Shown: one piece after another, positions 48,633 to 59,613 of the stretch
Position numbering within the stretch: the stretch's first letter is position 1
Layout of the letters: each line of letters opens with the position of its first letter
From: a bacterium
GTDB lineage: Bacteria > Hinthialibacterota > Hinthialibacteria > Hinthialibacterales > Hinthialibacteraceae
Direction: 5' to 3'
Assembly (NCBI GenBank): GCA_963663405.2
Contig: CAXXSM010000110.1
Span: 1-64,000 of the forward strand
Length of the DNA stretch: 64,000 nt
Notes under the pieces: generated by a model
What the model was told of the DNA's origin: nothing
What the model saw: only the letters and a program-made list of their open reading frames with translations
Databases searched by the model: none
Program-made: the position numbers and the translations under genes

Positions 48633-50810
48633 ATGAAAACAATAAAATCTATCCCTTTCCTTTTGACAATTTGTATCTTGTCAATTACAGAATCTGCTGA
48701 AAAGCAAGAACCATGGTATGAACGCTTACTTATTGGTATGGAGGTTGGCCCAAGTGGTTCACAATTCGGCAGCGATCCGAGTGATGTTGGTTACGCCGTC
48801 AACTTTTCTGGTAAGGATATTGTTCAAACGCTACAGCAAACCGGTTCTCAATATATTGTGATTTGGGGCAAGGATAGTGAGTACGCTTATTACAATTCAA
48901 ATGTCGCTCCACGATGCCCCGGTTTATATGGCCGAGATGTAATTCAGGAAACGATCGACATTGCTAAACCATATAACATACCTGTGATTGTCTATTGTGT
49001 CGTCCAAGGAAATGGTTATCCACTGCGCAATCATCCCGAGTATGATATGAAAGGCATCGATGGCGCCCGTCTTGGGAGAATTTGTTTTAATTCCAATTAT
49101 ATTGAACATGCGAAAGCTGTCTTGAATGAAATGCTCGCATATGATATTGATGGATTGCATATTGACATGCTCGATCAGGGATTCGGCCCACCGTATGGAT
49201 GCTGGTGTGAATCGTGTAAGAAGCTATTTAAAATCGAATATGGGAAAGAAATCCCATCCAGTGTTACTTGGGATGAAGACTGGGATCGGATGTTGGAATT
49301 CCGTTACAATACAAGTGACCGCTTTGAGAAGGAATTATATCGTTATGTCAAATCGATCAAACCCAATGTGACTGTTGATTTTAATTATCATGGTTATCCT
49401 CCCTTCTCTTTTGAATTGGGCCAGCGACCTGTGCAGCATTCGGATAATGGAGATTTTGTAACAGGGGAAACTGGTGTTTGGGGATTCAGCGCTTCAGGCG
49501 TCAGCCAAACAACACGCTTCCTCGCCGCGTCGACACCAGGTCAACGGTATCAAGTCGTGATGCAACGCGGCGTACGGATGTACCACGATCAGACGACACG
49601 TCCTCTTAATGATATGCGTTGGGAGATGTTTACGCTACTAGCGCACGGCGGGCAAGTCACCATGGTCGACAAAACGCCGTATGACGGTTCGCTAGATCGT
49701 GTAGCATATCAACGATTTGAGATACTGTTCAACGAAGCCTTGGCAAAGCGTGAACATTTTGGTCAACCACATTACGCGGAAGTTGGGCTCTATTATTCAC
49801 ACCGGACTCGGGATTGGTACGCGAAGGAAGAAGCCTGGCGCTATCAGCAGAGTTTTAATGGATCTCATGTGGCGTGCGTATACGAGCATATCCCGTATAA
49901 GGTTGTCCTGGATGAAAATCTTGCACTGAATACATTAGAAAAAATATCCACATTGATTCTGCCAAACGCGGCGATTCTTTCCCCACGGGAAATTGCTATC
50001 TTCAAACAATTTGTCAATAACGGCGGTAATCTAATCGTCACTGGCGCAACGGGCATGTATGGTTGGCTAGGACGCCCACAACAAGAAAATTCATTGTCTG
50101 ATTTGATTGGCGCCAAAGCGGTTGAAATACTTCCTTCAATTGACAACCATGTTTGTTTACACAAACTTGATGAGCAAAAAGCGTTATTACTTAAGCAGAT
50201 TCCATTGGATTGGCCATTTCTCGTTAAAGGACCTGCTGTCGCGTATCATCCAACTAAAGCATCAGCCATTGGTGATTTAATGAAACCGCATCGTACCATT
50301 CGACAACAACAAGGCAAAGAAGGAACTGACATGCCCATGTCAGCGGATCGATCCGTTGGCCCAGCCATCCTGATCAACTCCTATGGAAAAGGAAACGTTC
50401 TAACCATTACCTGCTCACCAGGGTATGCCACCGCCAGCGAACATCGCATGACCGAAGATCGCTATTTGTTACGCAACGCCATTCGCTATTTAAATGAAAA
50501 ACCGGAGATTTTGATCGATGCGCCTGTGATTGTTGAAACGGTGACAACAAAGCAAGACAATCGATATCGCATTCATTTTCTTGGGCGCCAAACGCCCGCC
50601 GGCTGGACACCGTCGGTGAATCGCCCCTATGCGCTGCCGACATTGATCGAAGATAAACCATTGTATCGGGCATCTATTGCGTTGAAGAATCCAATCAAGA
50701 ATGCTGCGTGTTACAATGACACAACTGAGTTGAAACAAACATCGGATAAAAGCATCGATCTTTTAATCGATGATATTCATGAAATTGTGATAATAGATAC
50801 TACCCAATAA
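48633..50810 (+). CDS. Secreted glycoside hydrolase-like protein (GHL6/fucosidase-like TIM barrel plus beta-galactosidase trimerisation domain)
   Basis: Signal peptide, YDIDGLHIDM, GCWCESC, LILPNAAILS...FVNNGGNLIVTGATG. Confidence 0.8.
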   Translation: MKTIKSIPFLLTICILSITESAEKQEPWYERLLIGMEVGPSGSQFGSDPSDVGYAVNFSGKDIVQTLQQTGSQYIVIWGKDSEYAYYNSNVAPRCPGLYGRDVIQETIDIAKPYNIPVIVYCVVQGNGYPLRNHPEYDMKGIDGARLGRICFNSNYIEHAKAVLNEMLAYDIDGLHIDMLDQGFGPPYGCWCESCKKLFKIEYGKEIPSSVTWDEDWDRMLEFRYNTSDRFEKELYRYVKSIKPNVTVDFNYHGYPPFSFELGQRPVQHSDNGDFVTGETGVWGFSASGVSQTTRFLAASTPGQRYQVVMQRGVRMYHDQTTRPLNDMRWEMFTLLAHGGQVTMVDKTPYDGSLDRVAYQRFEILFNEALAKREHFGQPHYAEVGLYYSHRTRDWYAKEEAWRYQQSFNGSHVACVYEHIPYKVVLDENLALNTLEKISTLILPNAAILSPREIAIFKQFVNNGGNLIVTGATGMYGWLGRPQQENSLSDLIGAKAVEILPSIDNHVCLHKLDEQKALLLKQIPLDWPFLVKGPAVAYHPTKASAIGDLMKPHRTIRQQQGKEGTDMPMSADRSVGPAILINSYGKGNVLTITCSPGYATASEHRMTEDRYLLRNAIRYLNEKPEILIDAPVIVETVTTKQDNRYRIHFLGRQTPAGWTPSVNRPYALPTLIEDKPLYRASIALKNPIKNAACYNDTTELKQTSDKSIDLLIDDIHEIVIIDTTQ

Positions 50811-51267
50811 GCATACATTATAAGAGTCTTGAGGATCAATTAAATTGCTGCATGAATTAAGTCGATAAAGATTCTATTTACGAGAATTTATTGAAAGGGG
50901 AATATCTGATATAAAATCGATAGCGCAAAGCGATTCGTAGCTGTTCGATACCTGTGTATCACCCATATACAATTTACATGCCTTTTGATGGAATTCAGCC
51001 TCCAAACCGGATGGCTGTATTCATAAAACTCATAATTTGCAATCGACTTTTATCTAATCATTCAGATTTCATCTGCGACAAAAACTATTTTTGAGGCTCT
51101 GTGAGAGTAATATCGATCATAGTACAATTAACTCATGGATATACTCTACTCTCCGCGACATGTGTTGATTGAGTTTATTGAGTTTTTAGACGGTACAGTT
51201 CTATCAACTTTTTAATCCTACGGCATTATTACAAGATTTTCTAGAATTCAAAGAAGGAACCAGGACT

Positions 51268-52749
51268 ATGTCTTCCAATATTGTGATAATCGGAGCTGGA
51301 CCAGGTGGTCTCGCGGCCGCAATGCTCTTGAGCAAGGCAGGCGCGCGAGTTAGGGTGTTGGAACGCCAGGATCGCGTAGGTGGGCGGACGTCTACTATGG
51401 AAGCGCTGGGCTTTCGATTCGACCTCGGTCCGACTTTCTTTATGTACCCGCAAATCCTTCAGGAAATCTTTACGGCATGTGGTGAAAGGCTGGAAGACCG
51501 TGTTGAACTTAAACGCCTGGATCCCCACTATCAATTGTTTTTTGAGGACGATGGCTCCTTAATGACGCGTTCAAATCCGGTGGATATGGAAAACGAAGTG
51601 ATCCGCCTGTCCCCAGAGGATGTGGGTGGTTTTCAACGGTTTCTCGAAGATAACCGGAGAAAATTCGCTTCACTCGCTCCGGCGCTCCAGAAACCTTATT
51701 CTTCCATTCTGGACCTGCTAGATCCCAAAATGCTCAAAATGCTCCCCTATTTTAGACCGACGAAAAGCGTGGAAGGGGATTTACGTTCGTTTTTCAAAGA
51801 TGAACGTATGCGGTTGGCCTGCGCATTTCAAAGCAAATATCTAGGGATGTCACCGTTTACCTGTCCAAGCATTTTCACGATCCTTTCCTTTTTTGAATAT
51901 GAGTACGGGATCTATCACCCTATCGGCGGCTGTGGAGCCGTTTCTATGGCTATGGCCAGAATGGCCGAAAAACTAGGCGCTGAAATCCATCTGTCTGAGC
52001 CGGTCATCGGGATACAGTTCAATGGCAAACGGGCTCAGGGAGTGGTCACCCAATCCGGCGTCTATTCCTGTGACGCGCTAGTGATTAACGCCGACTTTTC
52101 CCATGCAATGAAGGAACTTGTTCCCAATACTTTGCGCAAAGGGTGGTCGGACGAGATCTTACGGAAGAAGAAATACTCCTGTTCGACCTTCATGATCTAT
52201 CTGGGTATCAATCGCCAATTCCCTGATTTGCAGCATCACACCATTTTTCTCTCAGAGAATTACCGTGAGAACCTCACCGATATCGAACGGGATCACCATC
52301 TATCGGTCAATCCCTCTTTTTACGTTTGTCATCCCGCCGCGTCCGATTCTAGCATGGCTCCAGAAGGAAAGTCGGCTCTCTACATCCTTGTTCCCGTCAC
52401 CCATCTGCATGAAAATATCGATTGGGAGACCGAGGAGCGGCGTTACCGCGACCTGATATTACGTCAGCTATCGAAGATCGGAATCACCAATCTCGAATCC
52501 GCCATTGAATACGAACGTGTGTTGACTCCTTCCAGGTGGGAATCTGAATATGCGATTCACAAGGGCGCGGTGTTTAACTTAGCCCATTCTTTAGACCAGA
52601 TGTTGTTTCTGCGTCCCCCGAACCGTTTTAAGGAACTGGACGGTGTGTATCTGGTTGGTGGTGGCACACATCCGGGGAGCGGATTGCCGGTCATCTATGA
52701 ATCCGCGCGCATCACCTCCCGTCTGGTCGAAAAGGATTTAGGATTATGA
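51268..52749 (+). CDS. crtN: CrtI/CrtN-family carotenoid desaturase (C30 context)
   Basis: [40 protein letters not shown]. Confidence 0.88.
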   Translation: MSSNIVIIGAGPGGLAAAMLLSKAGARVRVLERQDRVGGRTSTMEALGFRFDLGPTFFMYPQILQEIFTACGERLEDRVELKRLDPHYQLFFEDDGSLMTRSNPVDMENEVIRLSPEDVGGFQRFLEDNRRKFASLAPALQKPYSSILDLLDPKMLKMLPYFRPTKSVEGDLRSFFKDERMRLACAFQSKYLGMSPFTCPSIFTILSFFEYEYGIYHPIGGCGAVSMAMARMAEKLGAEIHLSEPVIGIQFNGKRAQGVVTQSGVYSCDALVINADFSHAMKELVPNTLRKGWSDEILRKKKYSCSTFMIYLGINRQFPDLQHHTIFLSENYRENLTDIERDHHLSVNPSFYVCHPAASDSSMAPEGKSALYILVPVTHLHENIDWETEERRYRDLILRQLSKIGITNLESAIEYERVLTPSRWESEYAIHKGAVFNLAHSLDQMLFLRPPNRFKELDGVYLVGGGTHPGSGLPVIYESARITSRLVEKDLGL

Positions 52750-53594
52750 AATGGACGCGTGTTTTTAAACTCTTTGAGTGTTTTGGGCCGCTTTCGTTGA
52801 TCTTCCTGGCGATCCTATTCGCCAGCTGCGCGATCCAATCTCCCATTCCCAGTGATCCAACCTGCGCTCCGATAGAGGTTCCGCTACTGACCGCTATCGG
52901 GAATGTACGACATGCGCTTCTGAATTGGGATTTAGAACTTATGAACAAGGTGGCTCAGCAGATTCAATGGGCCAAATCTACGGATGAGACCGAGACTTTC
53001 TATCGGGATTACTGGCGCGGCGTAGCGCTGTTTCATGTGATCCTGGCTCTGCAAGATCCCAACATCAACACAGATAATGCGGACCAGTTTGAAACTGTTG
53101 TCCAGGAAGCGGTAAAGACGCTCAAGGCAGCGGTGGCGCAACGCCCCGAAGACGGTGACAGCCACGCCATGCTCGCTACCCTTTATGGTATCAGAATTAG
53201 CCGGCGGCCATTGACTGCAGTCTGGTTAGGCCCACTCGTTCAGAAGCATCAGAAGGCCGCGAAAATTGCGGAGCCAGACAATCCCCGTGTACGCTACCTT
53301 GAGGGCGCTGGCGCTCTCAACCGGGCTCGCGATTCTCGCGATATTTCCACGGCCTTGGATATATTGCTTCAAGCGGAGCGCCTGTTCGCCGAAGAAGCCT
53401 TTGCTACAAAAACTTCCTGGGATGCGGATTGGGGACGTTCACAGAATCTGATTTTCATCGGCGAAGCGTATGAAAAACTTGACAACTCTGAAGAGGCCAT
53501 GGTTTGGTTTGAACGCGCATTGCGCGCGAATCCCACATCCTCACGCGCTAAAGAAGGATATGAACGATGCCGGAAAAAAATGGAAAACCAGTAA
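52746..53594 (+). CDS. TPR lipoprotein-like protein
   Basis: LFASC lipobox-like motif, TPR helices, overlaps both neighbours. Confidence 0.72.
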   Translation: MKWTRVFKLFECFGPLSLIFLAILFASCAIQSPIPSDPTCAPIEVPLLTAIGNVRHALLNWDLELMNKVAQQIQWAKSTDETETFYRDYWRGVALFHVILALQDPNINTDNADQFETVVQEAVKTLKAAVAQRPEDGDSHAMLATLYGIRISRRPLTAVWLGPLVQKHQKAAKIAEPDNPRVRYLEGAGALNRARDSRDISTALDILLQAERLFAEEAFATKTSWDADWGRSQNLIFIGEAYEKLDNSEEAMVWFERALRANPTSSRAKEGYERCRKKMENQ

Positions 53595-55075
53595 TCGTCA
53601 TCGGAGCCGGTCTCGGTGGCATGTCAGCGGCTTTGTCGCTGGCCTTGGAAGGATACGAAGTCACCGTCTTCGAGAAAAACCGCTGTGTCGGTGGAAAACT
53701 GAACGTGCTTTCCGCCGAGGGCTATCAATTCGACCTGGGGCCTTCCATTCTTACCTTGCCGCATATTTTTGCACGCACGTTTGAGCGAGCAGGTAAGCGC
53801 ATCGAAGACTATGTTCCGATGCGCACGGTACGCCCGCACTGGCGCAATTTGTTCGAAGATGGAATGGTGATCGACCTTTACCCGGAACGCGAACGGATGG
53901 ACGCCGAGGCGAGGAAAGCCTGCGAACCGCCGGAGAACGTGCGCGCGTTTCTGGCCTATTCCGAAAAGTTATACGATCTGGTAAATAAAGGTTATTTCGA
54001 GGAAGGACTGGATACCGCCGCTGATTTCCGCAAGTTCTATGGATTGGCAGCATTCCCGCAATTCGATCTTCTCCGCAGTATGCATCAAAGCGTCCGCCGT
54101 CATTTTAAAACCCGTTATTTTATTGATATCTTTGATTTCTTCATTAAGTATGTCGGCTCATCAGCCTATCACGCCCCCGCCTTTATGAATTGTATGCCCA
54201 CCATCCAGTTTCGCTATGATTTGTGGTATGTCATGGGCGGGATGTACCGGTTGGCGCAGGGTCTGGAACGGCTCATGTGTGAACTCGGCATTCGCATTGA
54301 ACTCAATACAGAGGTCCAGAAGTTGATCTTGACAGAGGACCGCCGGAAAGTGCGCGGTGTCCGGTTGGCCGATGGCCGAGAAATAAAGGCGGATACGGTC
54401 GTGTCGAATATGGAGGTCATCCCGGCTTATCGGCGTCTTCTCGGTGAGAACGAAGCGGCGCTGAAGAAAATGCAAAAGTGGCTGGAGCCTGCCTGTTCCG
54501 GCTTGGTCATCGATCTTGGATTGGATTGTAAATACGAAAACTTGGCGCATCACAATTTCTTCTTCTCAGGGGATCAAAAAAAACATTTCCATGATGTGTT
54601 CAAAAAAAGAAAACTCCCCCATGATCCCACCTTGTACGTAGTGGCTGCTTCACGCACAGATCCATCGGTTGCGCCTGAAGGCTGCGATTGCCTCAAGATC
54701 CTCCCCCACATACCATACCTGAATTCGAAGAATCCAGTTTCCCTGGAGGAATACAAAGCCCTCAAAGAACGGATCCTCGATAAGATGGAGCGCATGGGAT
54801 GCCCGGATCTCCGAAAACACATTGTTTACGAACATTTCTGGACACCACGCGACATCGAGAACCAGTATTACTCAAACTGTGGCTCCATCTATGGGGTGGT
54901 CAGCGATCGATTTAAAAACTTGGCCTTCAAGGCTCCTAAAGCCAGCCAGAAGTATCAGGGATTGTTTTTCACCGGTGGATCCGTCAATCCAGGAGGCGGC
55001 ATGCCAATGGTCTTTCTCTGCGGGCAGAACGTGGCGAAAACCATTGTCAAATGGAGACAGGATAAAGACACATGA
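53567..55075 (+). CDS. crtP: CrtP/CrtNb-like diapolycopene/diaponeurosporene oxygenase
   Basis: FDLGPSILTLPHIF, FIKYVGSS, GSIYGVVSD, GGSVNPGGGMPMV. Confidence 0.88.
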   Translation: MPEKNGKPVIVIGAGLGGMSAALSLALEGYEVTVFEKNRCVGGKLNVLSAEGYQFDLGPSILTLPHIFARTFERAGKRIEDYVPMRTVRPHWRNLFEDGMVIDLYPERERMDAEARKACEPPENVRAFLAYSEKLYDLVNKGYFEEGLDTAADFRKFYGLAAFPQFDLLRSMHQSVRRHFKTRYFIDIFDFFIKYVGSSAYHAPAFMNCMPTIQFRYDLWYVMGGMYRLAQGLERLMCELGIRIELNTEVQKLILTEDRRKVRGVRLADGREIKADTVVSNMEVIPAYRRLLGENEAALKKMQKWLEPACSGLVIDLGLDCKYENLAHHNFFFSGDQKKHFHDVFKKRKLPHDPTLYVVAASRTDPSVAPEGCDCLKILPHIPYLNSKNPVSLEEYKALKERILDKMERMGCPDLRKHIVYEHFWTPRDIENQYYSNCGSIYGVVSDRFKNLAFKAPKASQKYQGLFFTGGSVNPGGGMPMVFLCGQNVAKTIVKWRQDKDT

Positions 55076-56175
55076 TTTGGATCATCTTTGCCTTGTGGAC
55101 TCTGGGCTTTGTGTTGTTATGGCGAGTTCCCGTCTGCCCCAGAGGATCAGTGAAGAATACACCGCTTAAAATCTCTCTAATCATCCCCGCGCGTAACGAA
55201 GAACACAATATTAAACGCCTATTGGATTCCATTTCCACCTTGTCGCTGCAGCCCTTCGAAGTGATTGTTGTTGACGACGGCTCTACCGACCGAACGCCGG
55301 AAATCGCGCGCGAATATGGCGCGCTCGTACTTCCCGCTCCACCACTGCCCGATGGCTGGCGAGGCAAAACCTGGGCCTGCTGGAACGGATCTCTGCGCGC
55401 ACAGGGCGAGACCTTTTTGTTTCTGGACGCAGACCTAGTATTGAAGCATGACGCTATTGAACGCATTCATCATGCCTATAATAAGGATGACTGTCGTGTC
55501 CTCTCCCTTGGACCGTACCACGAGGTGGAAAAGCCCTACGAGCAATTTTCCGCAATGTTCAATCTCTTGACCTTTATGGGCATGGGATCGTTTTCGCTGA
55601 CGGGTTCTCCAGACGATCCGCGTGGCTTATTCGGACCTTTCCTTCTCATCGATCGCCATACCTACGAAGCGATCGGTGGGCATAAGGTAGTATGCGCGGA
55701 GATTTTGGAACATATGAGCCTGTGCGCCCTGCTCCGGCAGCGTCGAGTAAAGATGCGATGTCTCGGTGGACAGGGTGTGGTTCACATCCGTATGTATCCG
55801 AATGGGCTGGCTTCCCTGGTGGAAGGTTGGACGAAGGCCTTCGCGTCAGGCGCGTCGAAAACCAGCCCTCTCACACTGGCGCTCTCGGCCGCTTGGATTA
55901 CTGGGGGCATGCTGGCGTTTAGCTTCTCTGTAATGTCACCTATGGTTTCCTCTCTTTCTCCTATGAGCGCGATCACCTACGCAGCCTATGCTGTGAGTCT
56001 ATACTTCATGCTGCGTCCCATCGGGCGATTCCCCATTTGGTCCTGCGCGCTCTACCCATTGTTGATGCTCGTTTTCTTCATCATCTTTGCTCGTTCGGCG
56101 CTGCTTAGACAATCCGGCGGTCAAGTCACCTGGAAAGGGCGTACGATTGACACCTCACGCCGGGAGGATGGTTAG
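55072..56175 (+). CDS. crtQ: GT2 glycosyltransferase, CrtQ-like
   Basis: IIPARNEE, VVDDGSTD, GWRGKTWAC, FLDAD, RMYP, WKGR. Confidence 0.85.
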   Translation: MIWIIFALWTLGFVLLWRVPVCPRGSVKNTPLKISLIIPARNEEHNIKRLLDSISTLSLQPFEVIVVDDGSTDRTPEIAREYGALVLPAPPLPDGWRGKTWACWNGSLRAQGETFLFLDADLVLKHDAIERIHHAYNKDDCRVLSLGPYHEVEKPYEQFSAMFNLLTFMGMGSFSLTGSPDDPRGLFGPFLLIDRHTYEAIGGHKVVCAEILEHMSLCALLRQRRVKMRCLGGQGVVHIRMYPNGLASLVEGWTKAFASGASKTSPLTLALSAAWITGGMLAFSFSVMSPMVSSLSPMSAITYAAYAVSLYFMLRPIGRFPIWSCALYPLLMLVFFIIFARSALLRQSGGQVTWKGRTIDTSRREDG

Positions 56176-56176
56176 T

Positions 56177-56677
56177 ATGACGACCCAAGAGATTACACTG
56201 GCCGCCATTAATGTTCTGGCTTGGCTAGTCATTCACATGGGATTTGCCTGGCTGGGTACAAGGGCGCCGATCGCCTGTTTTAAACCGCGCGCTTGGCTTT
56301 TTCGAACGTATGCTTTTGAACGAAGTGGCAGATTCTACGAGAGTGTGTTTCGTGTAAAAATCTGGAAAGACAAGCTACCCGACGGCGCAGCCTGGTTCAA
56401 ATCCGGTTTTCCCAAAAAAAAACTGGCCCAAGCCGATCCTGTTTACATGAATCGCTTTATAGTGGAAACCTGTCGTGGTGAACTGGTTCACTGGATCGTG
56501 TGTTTGGCTTCGGGATTATTCTTTCTGTGGAACGAAGCTTGGGTGGGTTGGCTCATGGTCGTTTACGGTATTGTGGCCAATTTCCCCTGTATTATTATCC
56601 AACGTTACAACCGCGGCCGTTTGCGGCGCATTGCTCTCAAGCGTACACCCCGGGAGGTTCGGCATGAACACATCTGA
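56177..56677 (+). CDS. crtO: CrtO-like glycosyl-diaponeurosporenoate acyltransferase
   Basis: WKDKLPDG, ETCRGELVHW, NFPCIIIQRYNR. Confidence 0.85.
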   Translation: MTTQEITLAAINVLAWLVIHMGFAWLGTRAPIACFKPRAWLFRTYAFERSGRFYESVFRVKIWKDKLPDGAAWFKSGFPKKKLAQADPVYMNRFIVETCRGELVHWIVCLASGLFFLWNEAWVGWLMVVYGIVANFPCIIIQRYNRGRLRRIALKRTPREVRHEHI

Positions 56678-58064
56678 ACCGAATTTGGAATTTCTACTGA
56701 AAAAACAGAAAGCCTTCGCAGCTGGCCACCCGTTTCCCGATGCTGGCCAACGCCGTCGTCACTTGCTTCGATTGGCCCATGAAATCGAAACTCGGACTTA
56801 TATTCTACTCGACGCGCTGTTTCAAGATCTCGGAAAATGTCCTACTGAGGCATACGCGACCGAAGTTGGTTTCGTCCTTCGTGACATTCGTTTTGCTGTC
56901 AAGAACTTACGAAGATGGATGAAACCCCGCCGTACCCGAACTCCATGGATTGTCTCACCAGGCCGGGCCTGCGTGTGTCCGGAGCCGATCGGTGTGGTTC
57001 TAATTATCGGTCCCTGGAACTATCCCTTCCAACTGCTTATCTCGCCCTTGGTGGCAGCCCTCGCCGCAGGCAATGCGGTCTGTTTGAAACCATCTGAATT
57101 CGCGCCGGCCACCGCTCGGGCGATCCATGACTTGTGCCAGAACATCTTTCCAGAAGAGATGGTTTGCGTTGTGGAGGGAGACCACCGAATCAGCGCAGAA
57201 CTGGTTACGCTGCCTTTCGATCATATCTTCTTCACTGGTTCCACGGAAATAGGGCGTAAGGTCGCTCAATCCGCGTCCAAACACCTGATTCCTGTAACTC
57301 TGGAACTGGGAGGAAAATCTCCCTGTATAGTTTGCGCTGACGCTCCGTTACGGCAAACCGCCCGCCGGATTGTGTGGGGGAAATGCCTCAACGCGGGCCA
57401 GACCTGCGTGGCGCCCGATCACGTGTGGGCTCATCATTCTATCAAGGACGCCTTACTGGAAGAACTCAAGATCGCCGCGCGAGCGATGATTCCGGTTCGC
57501 CCACCCGATCCAAATCCGGGTGATTATGGACGGCTCATCAACGAACGGCATTTTGACCGGCTGGAGAAACTCCTGGATGGCGCCATCATCTATGACGGAG
57601 GTGAACGCGATCGTGAGTCTTTGATTTTTTCCCCGGCCATTCTCACTGAAATCGATTCATGTCACCCGGTGATGCAAGAAGAGATATTCGGCCCTTTACT
57701 TCCCGTCTTACCTTTCCATTCGTTGGACGATCTGATGCAGAATATGCGCGCACTCCCCACTCCCCTCGCGGCCTACTTGTTTACCAGCGACAGGAAGACG
57801 ATGCGTATGTTTCAAGAGCGCGTCACCGCCGGTGGAATTTGCGTCAATGACACCATCAGTCAGGTTTTACCCCCGGATTTGCCATTCGGCGGTGTGGGCG
57901 CGAGCGGTTACGGGAACTATCACGGCCGGGCGGGTTTTGATCGGCTCAGTCATGCGAAATCAGTCCTTCGCCGAGGCTTTTTCCCCGATCTTCCATTTCG
58001 CTATCCTCCATATACGACTAGCCTGGACATAATCAAACGGGTATACAGGTTTTTAGCTGGATAA
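56664..58064 (+). CDS. aldH: Aldehyde dehydrogenase (AldH/CrtNc-like)
   Basis: PWNYP, FFTGST, LELGGKSP, NAGQTCVAPD, EEIFGP, PFGGVG. Confidence 0.88.
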   Translation: MNTSEPNLEFLLKKQKAFAAGHPFPDAGQRRRHLLRLAHEIETRTYILLDALFQDLGKCPTEAYATEVGFVLRDIRFAVKNLRRWMKPRRTRTPWIVSPGRACVCPEPIGVVLIIGPWNYPFQLLISPLVAALAAGNAVCLKPSEFAPATARAIHDLCQNIFPEEMVCVVEGDHRISAELVTLPFDHIFFTGSTEIGRKVAQSASKHLIPVTLELGGKSPCIVCADAPLRQTARRIVWGKCLNAGQTCVAPDHVWAHHSIKDALLEELKIAARAMIPVRPPDPNPGDYGRLINERHFDRLEKLLDGAIIYDGGERDRESLIFSPAILTEIDSCHPVMQEEIFGPLLPVLPFHSLDDLMQNMRALPTPLAAYLFTSDRKTMRMFQERVTAGGICVNDTISQVLPPDLPFGGVGASGYGNYHGRAGFDRLSHAKSVLRRGFFPDLPFRYPPYTTSLDIIKRVYRFLAG

Positions 58065-58265
58065 AACGTAATTTGATTGAACCTTTTCAGTATAGGTTTC
58101 TCATTCAGAAGATCAGCATGACTTTTTAATATCCTGGATGGTACCGCTTCATCTTTCAAGATTTTCGTTTACTATCCGATTTGGGATGAAGGCAAAGTGT
58201 GGTTTGTTACATGAGACGGCGACAATTTTCTTCATAAAAATCGCTATATATACCTATTGATGTTT

Positions 58266-58874
58266 TCAACCGGCGTTCTTCTCGCTCGTTGTCACCGCTT
58301 TGATCCAATCTATCATGAGTGTAAAGGCTCCTTCTTGTTTCCCGGAAATCATGAAGCCGAGAGACGCCACCTTTTTTGGATCCAACGAAGGAGCTTCCGG
58401 AACGATTCTCCCTCGAAACATGGGAACGAATTCGGTAAATGGAGCGAAAACCGTGTTCCACTGATCTTTTTTAGTTATGAATTCATAATAATAATAAATT
58501 CCATCCCATTGTGTATTGTTTTTAATTGAGAGTTTATAGCGTTTCCCATCTCCCTTGAGGCGAACCGCAATCCCTTGGTAATCACGAAGATCAAACAGAG
58601 CGTCTTGGGAGCGAACCGAGGCGAAACCGCCATTGTTTTCAAGAGAGACGAATCCTTCAAAAATCCCGATCCCTTTTTCATTTGTTTTCATGAAACTTTG
58701 AGAACGTCCACCCATTACCGTGTCGTTGATGATTGCCCACTGTTTGGCTGATTCCTTTTTAGCAAAGTGAAACAGCGTTATTTCTTTTTCTTTGGAAATC
58801 ATGGCGGTGGTACCTCCAAATGCGAGAGTAAAACTCATTATCATCGTTCCTAAAACCACTATTCTTTTTTTCAT
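58266..58874 (-). CDS. CIA30/NDUFAF1-family protein
   Basis: WAIINDTVMGGRS, SLENNGGFASVRS, GDGKRYK. Confidence 0.9.
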   Translation of the reverse strand: MKKRIVVLGTMIMSFTLAFGGTTAMISKEKEITLFHFAKKESAKQWAIINDTVMGGRSQSFMKTNEKGIGIFEGFVSLENNGGFASVRSQDALFDLRDYQGIAVRLKGDGKRYKLSIKNNTQWDGIYYYYEFITKKDQWNTVFAPFTEFVPMFRGRIVPEAPSLDPKKVASLGFMISGKQEGAFTLMIDWIKAVTTSEKNAG

Positions 58875-59031
58875 GATTTTTTCCTTTTTCACATCTGAAT
58901 CATTGAACGAATAAACTCAGATACTGTATCGTGAACATAATATTTATATTATTATACTTTTGTGTATCCAGCCAACATCAGATATTTTGTACTATCATTC
59001 ACTTCCTTATCGCGGTCGTTGAAACCGGATG

Positions 59032-59520
59032 TTACGGATTTAGCCTCCAGATCGAAAAATTGAGCGAGGCGGCGTAGCTAACCCAAATGAGATATGGAAC
59101 CAATATTCCTCCGGCCATTCTATGAATCTTCCAAAAGAGAATCATTGTAATCAGTATAGAGATCCACAACAGTATAATTTCTATCAACGCCGCTTCGATA
59201 TTTTTGAGCGTGAAGAACAATCCCGGCCATAAACCATTCAAAAGAAGTTGAATCCCGAAAACAATGAGCGCAGGCTTGATCTTCACGCTTTGGCGTCTGC
59301 GCCATACCAACCACGCCGCCACTCCCATACAGGTATAGAGAAAGGTCCAAACCGGCCCAAACATCCATCCCGGCGGTGTCCAAGACGGCTTCTCAAGTGT
59401 TGTATACCAATTATTGACCGAAACGAAAGTCAATAGTGAAGCAATGACTTGAACGAGAATACAAATCCCTACCCAGAATATAAGTGAGAACCATTGGCTA
59501 GCGAGTATATTTCTATGCAT
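59032..59520 (-). CDS. tspO: TspO/MBR tryptophan-rich sensory protein
   Basis: WYTTLEKPSWTPPGWMFGPVWTFLY, PYLIWVSYA. Confidence 0.93.
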   Translation of the reverse strand: MHRNILASQWFSLIFWVGICILVQVIASLLTFVSVNNWYTTLEKPSWTPPGWMFGPVWTFLYTCMGVAAWLVWRRRQSVKIKPALIVFGIQLLLNGLWPGLFFTLKNIEAALIEIILLWISILITMILFWKIHRMAGGILVPYLIWVSYAASLNFSIWRLNP

Positions 59521-59613
59521 TGGATTCCTTTCATGGGAATACTGCGATCTCTTTTATTGTTATTTTATAAACAATAATGAAGGGGATCAAAACCAGCCCC
59601 TGCAATATCCCAA

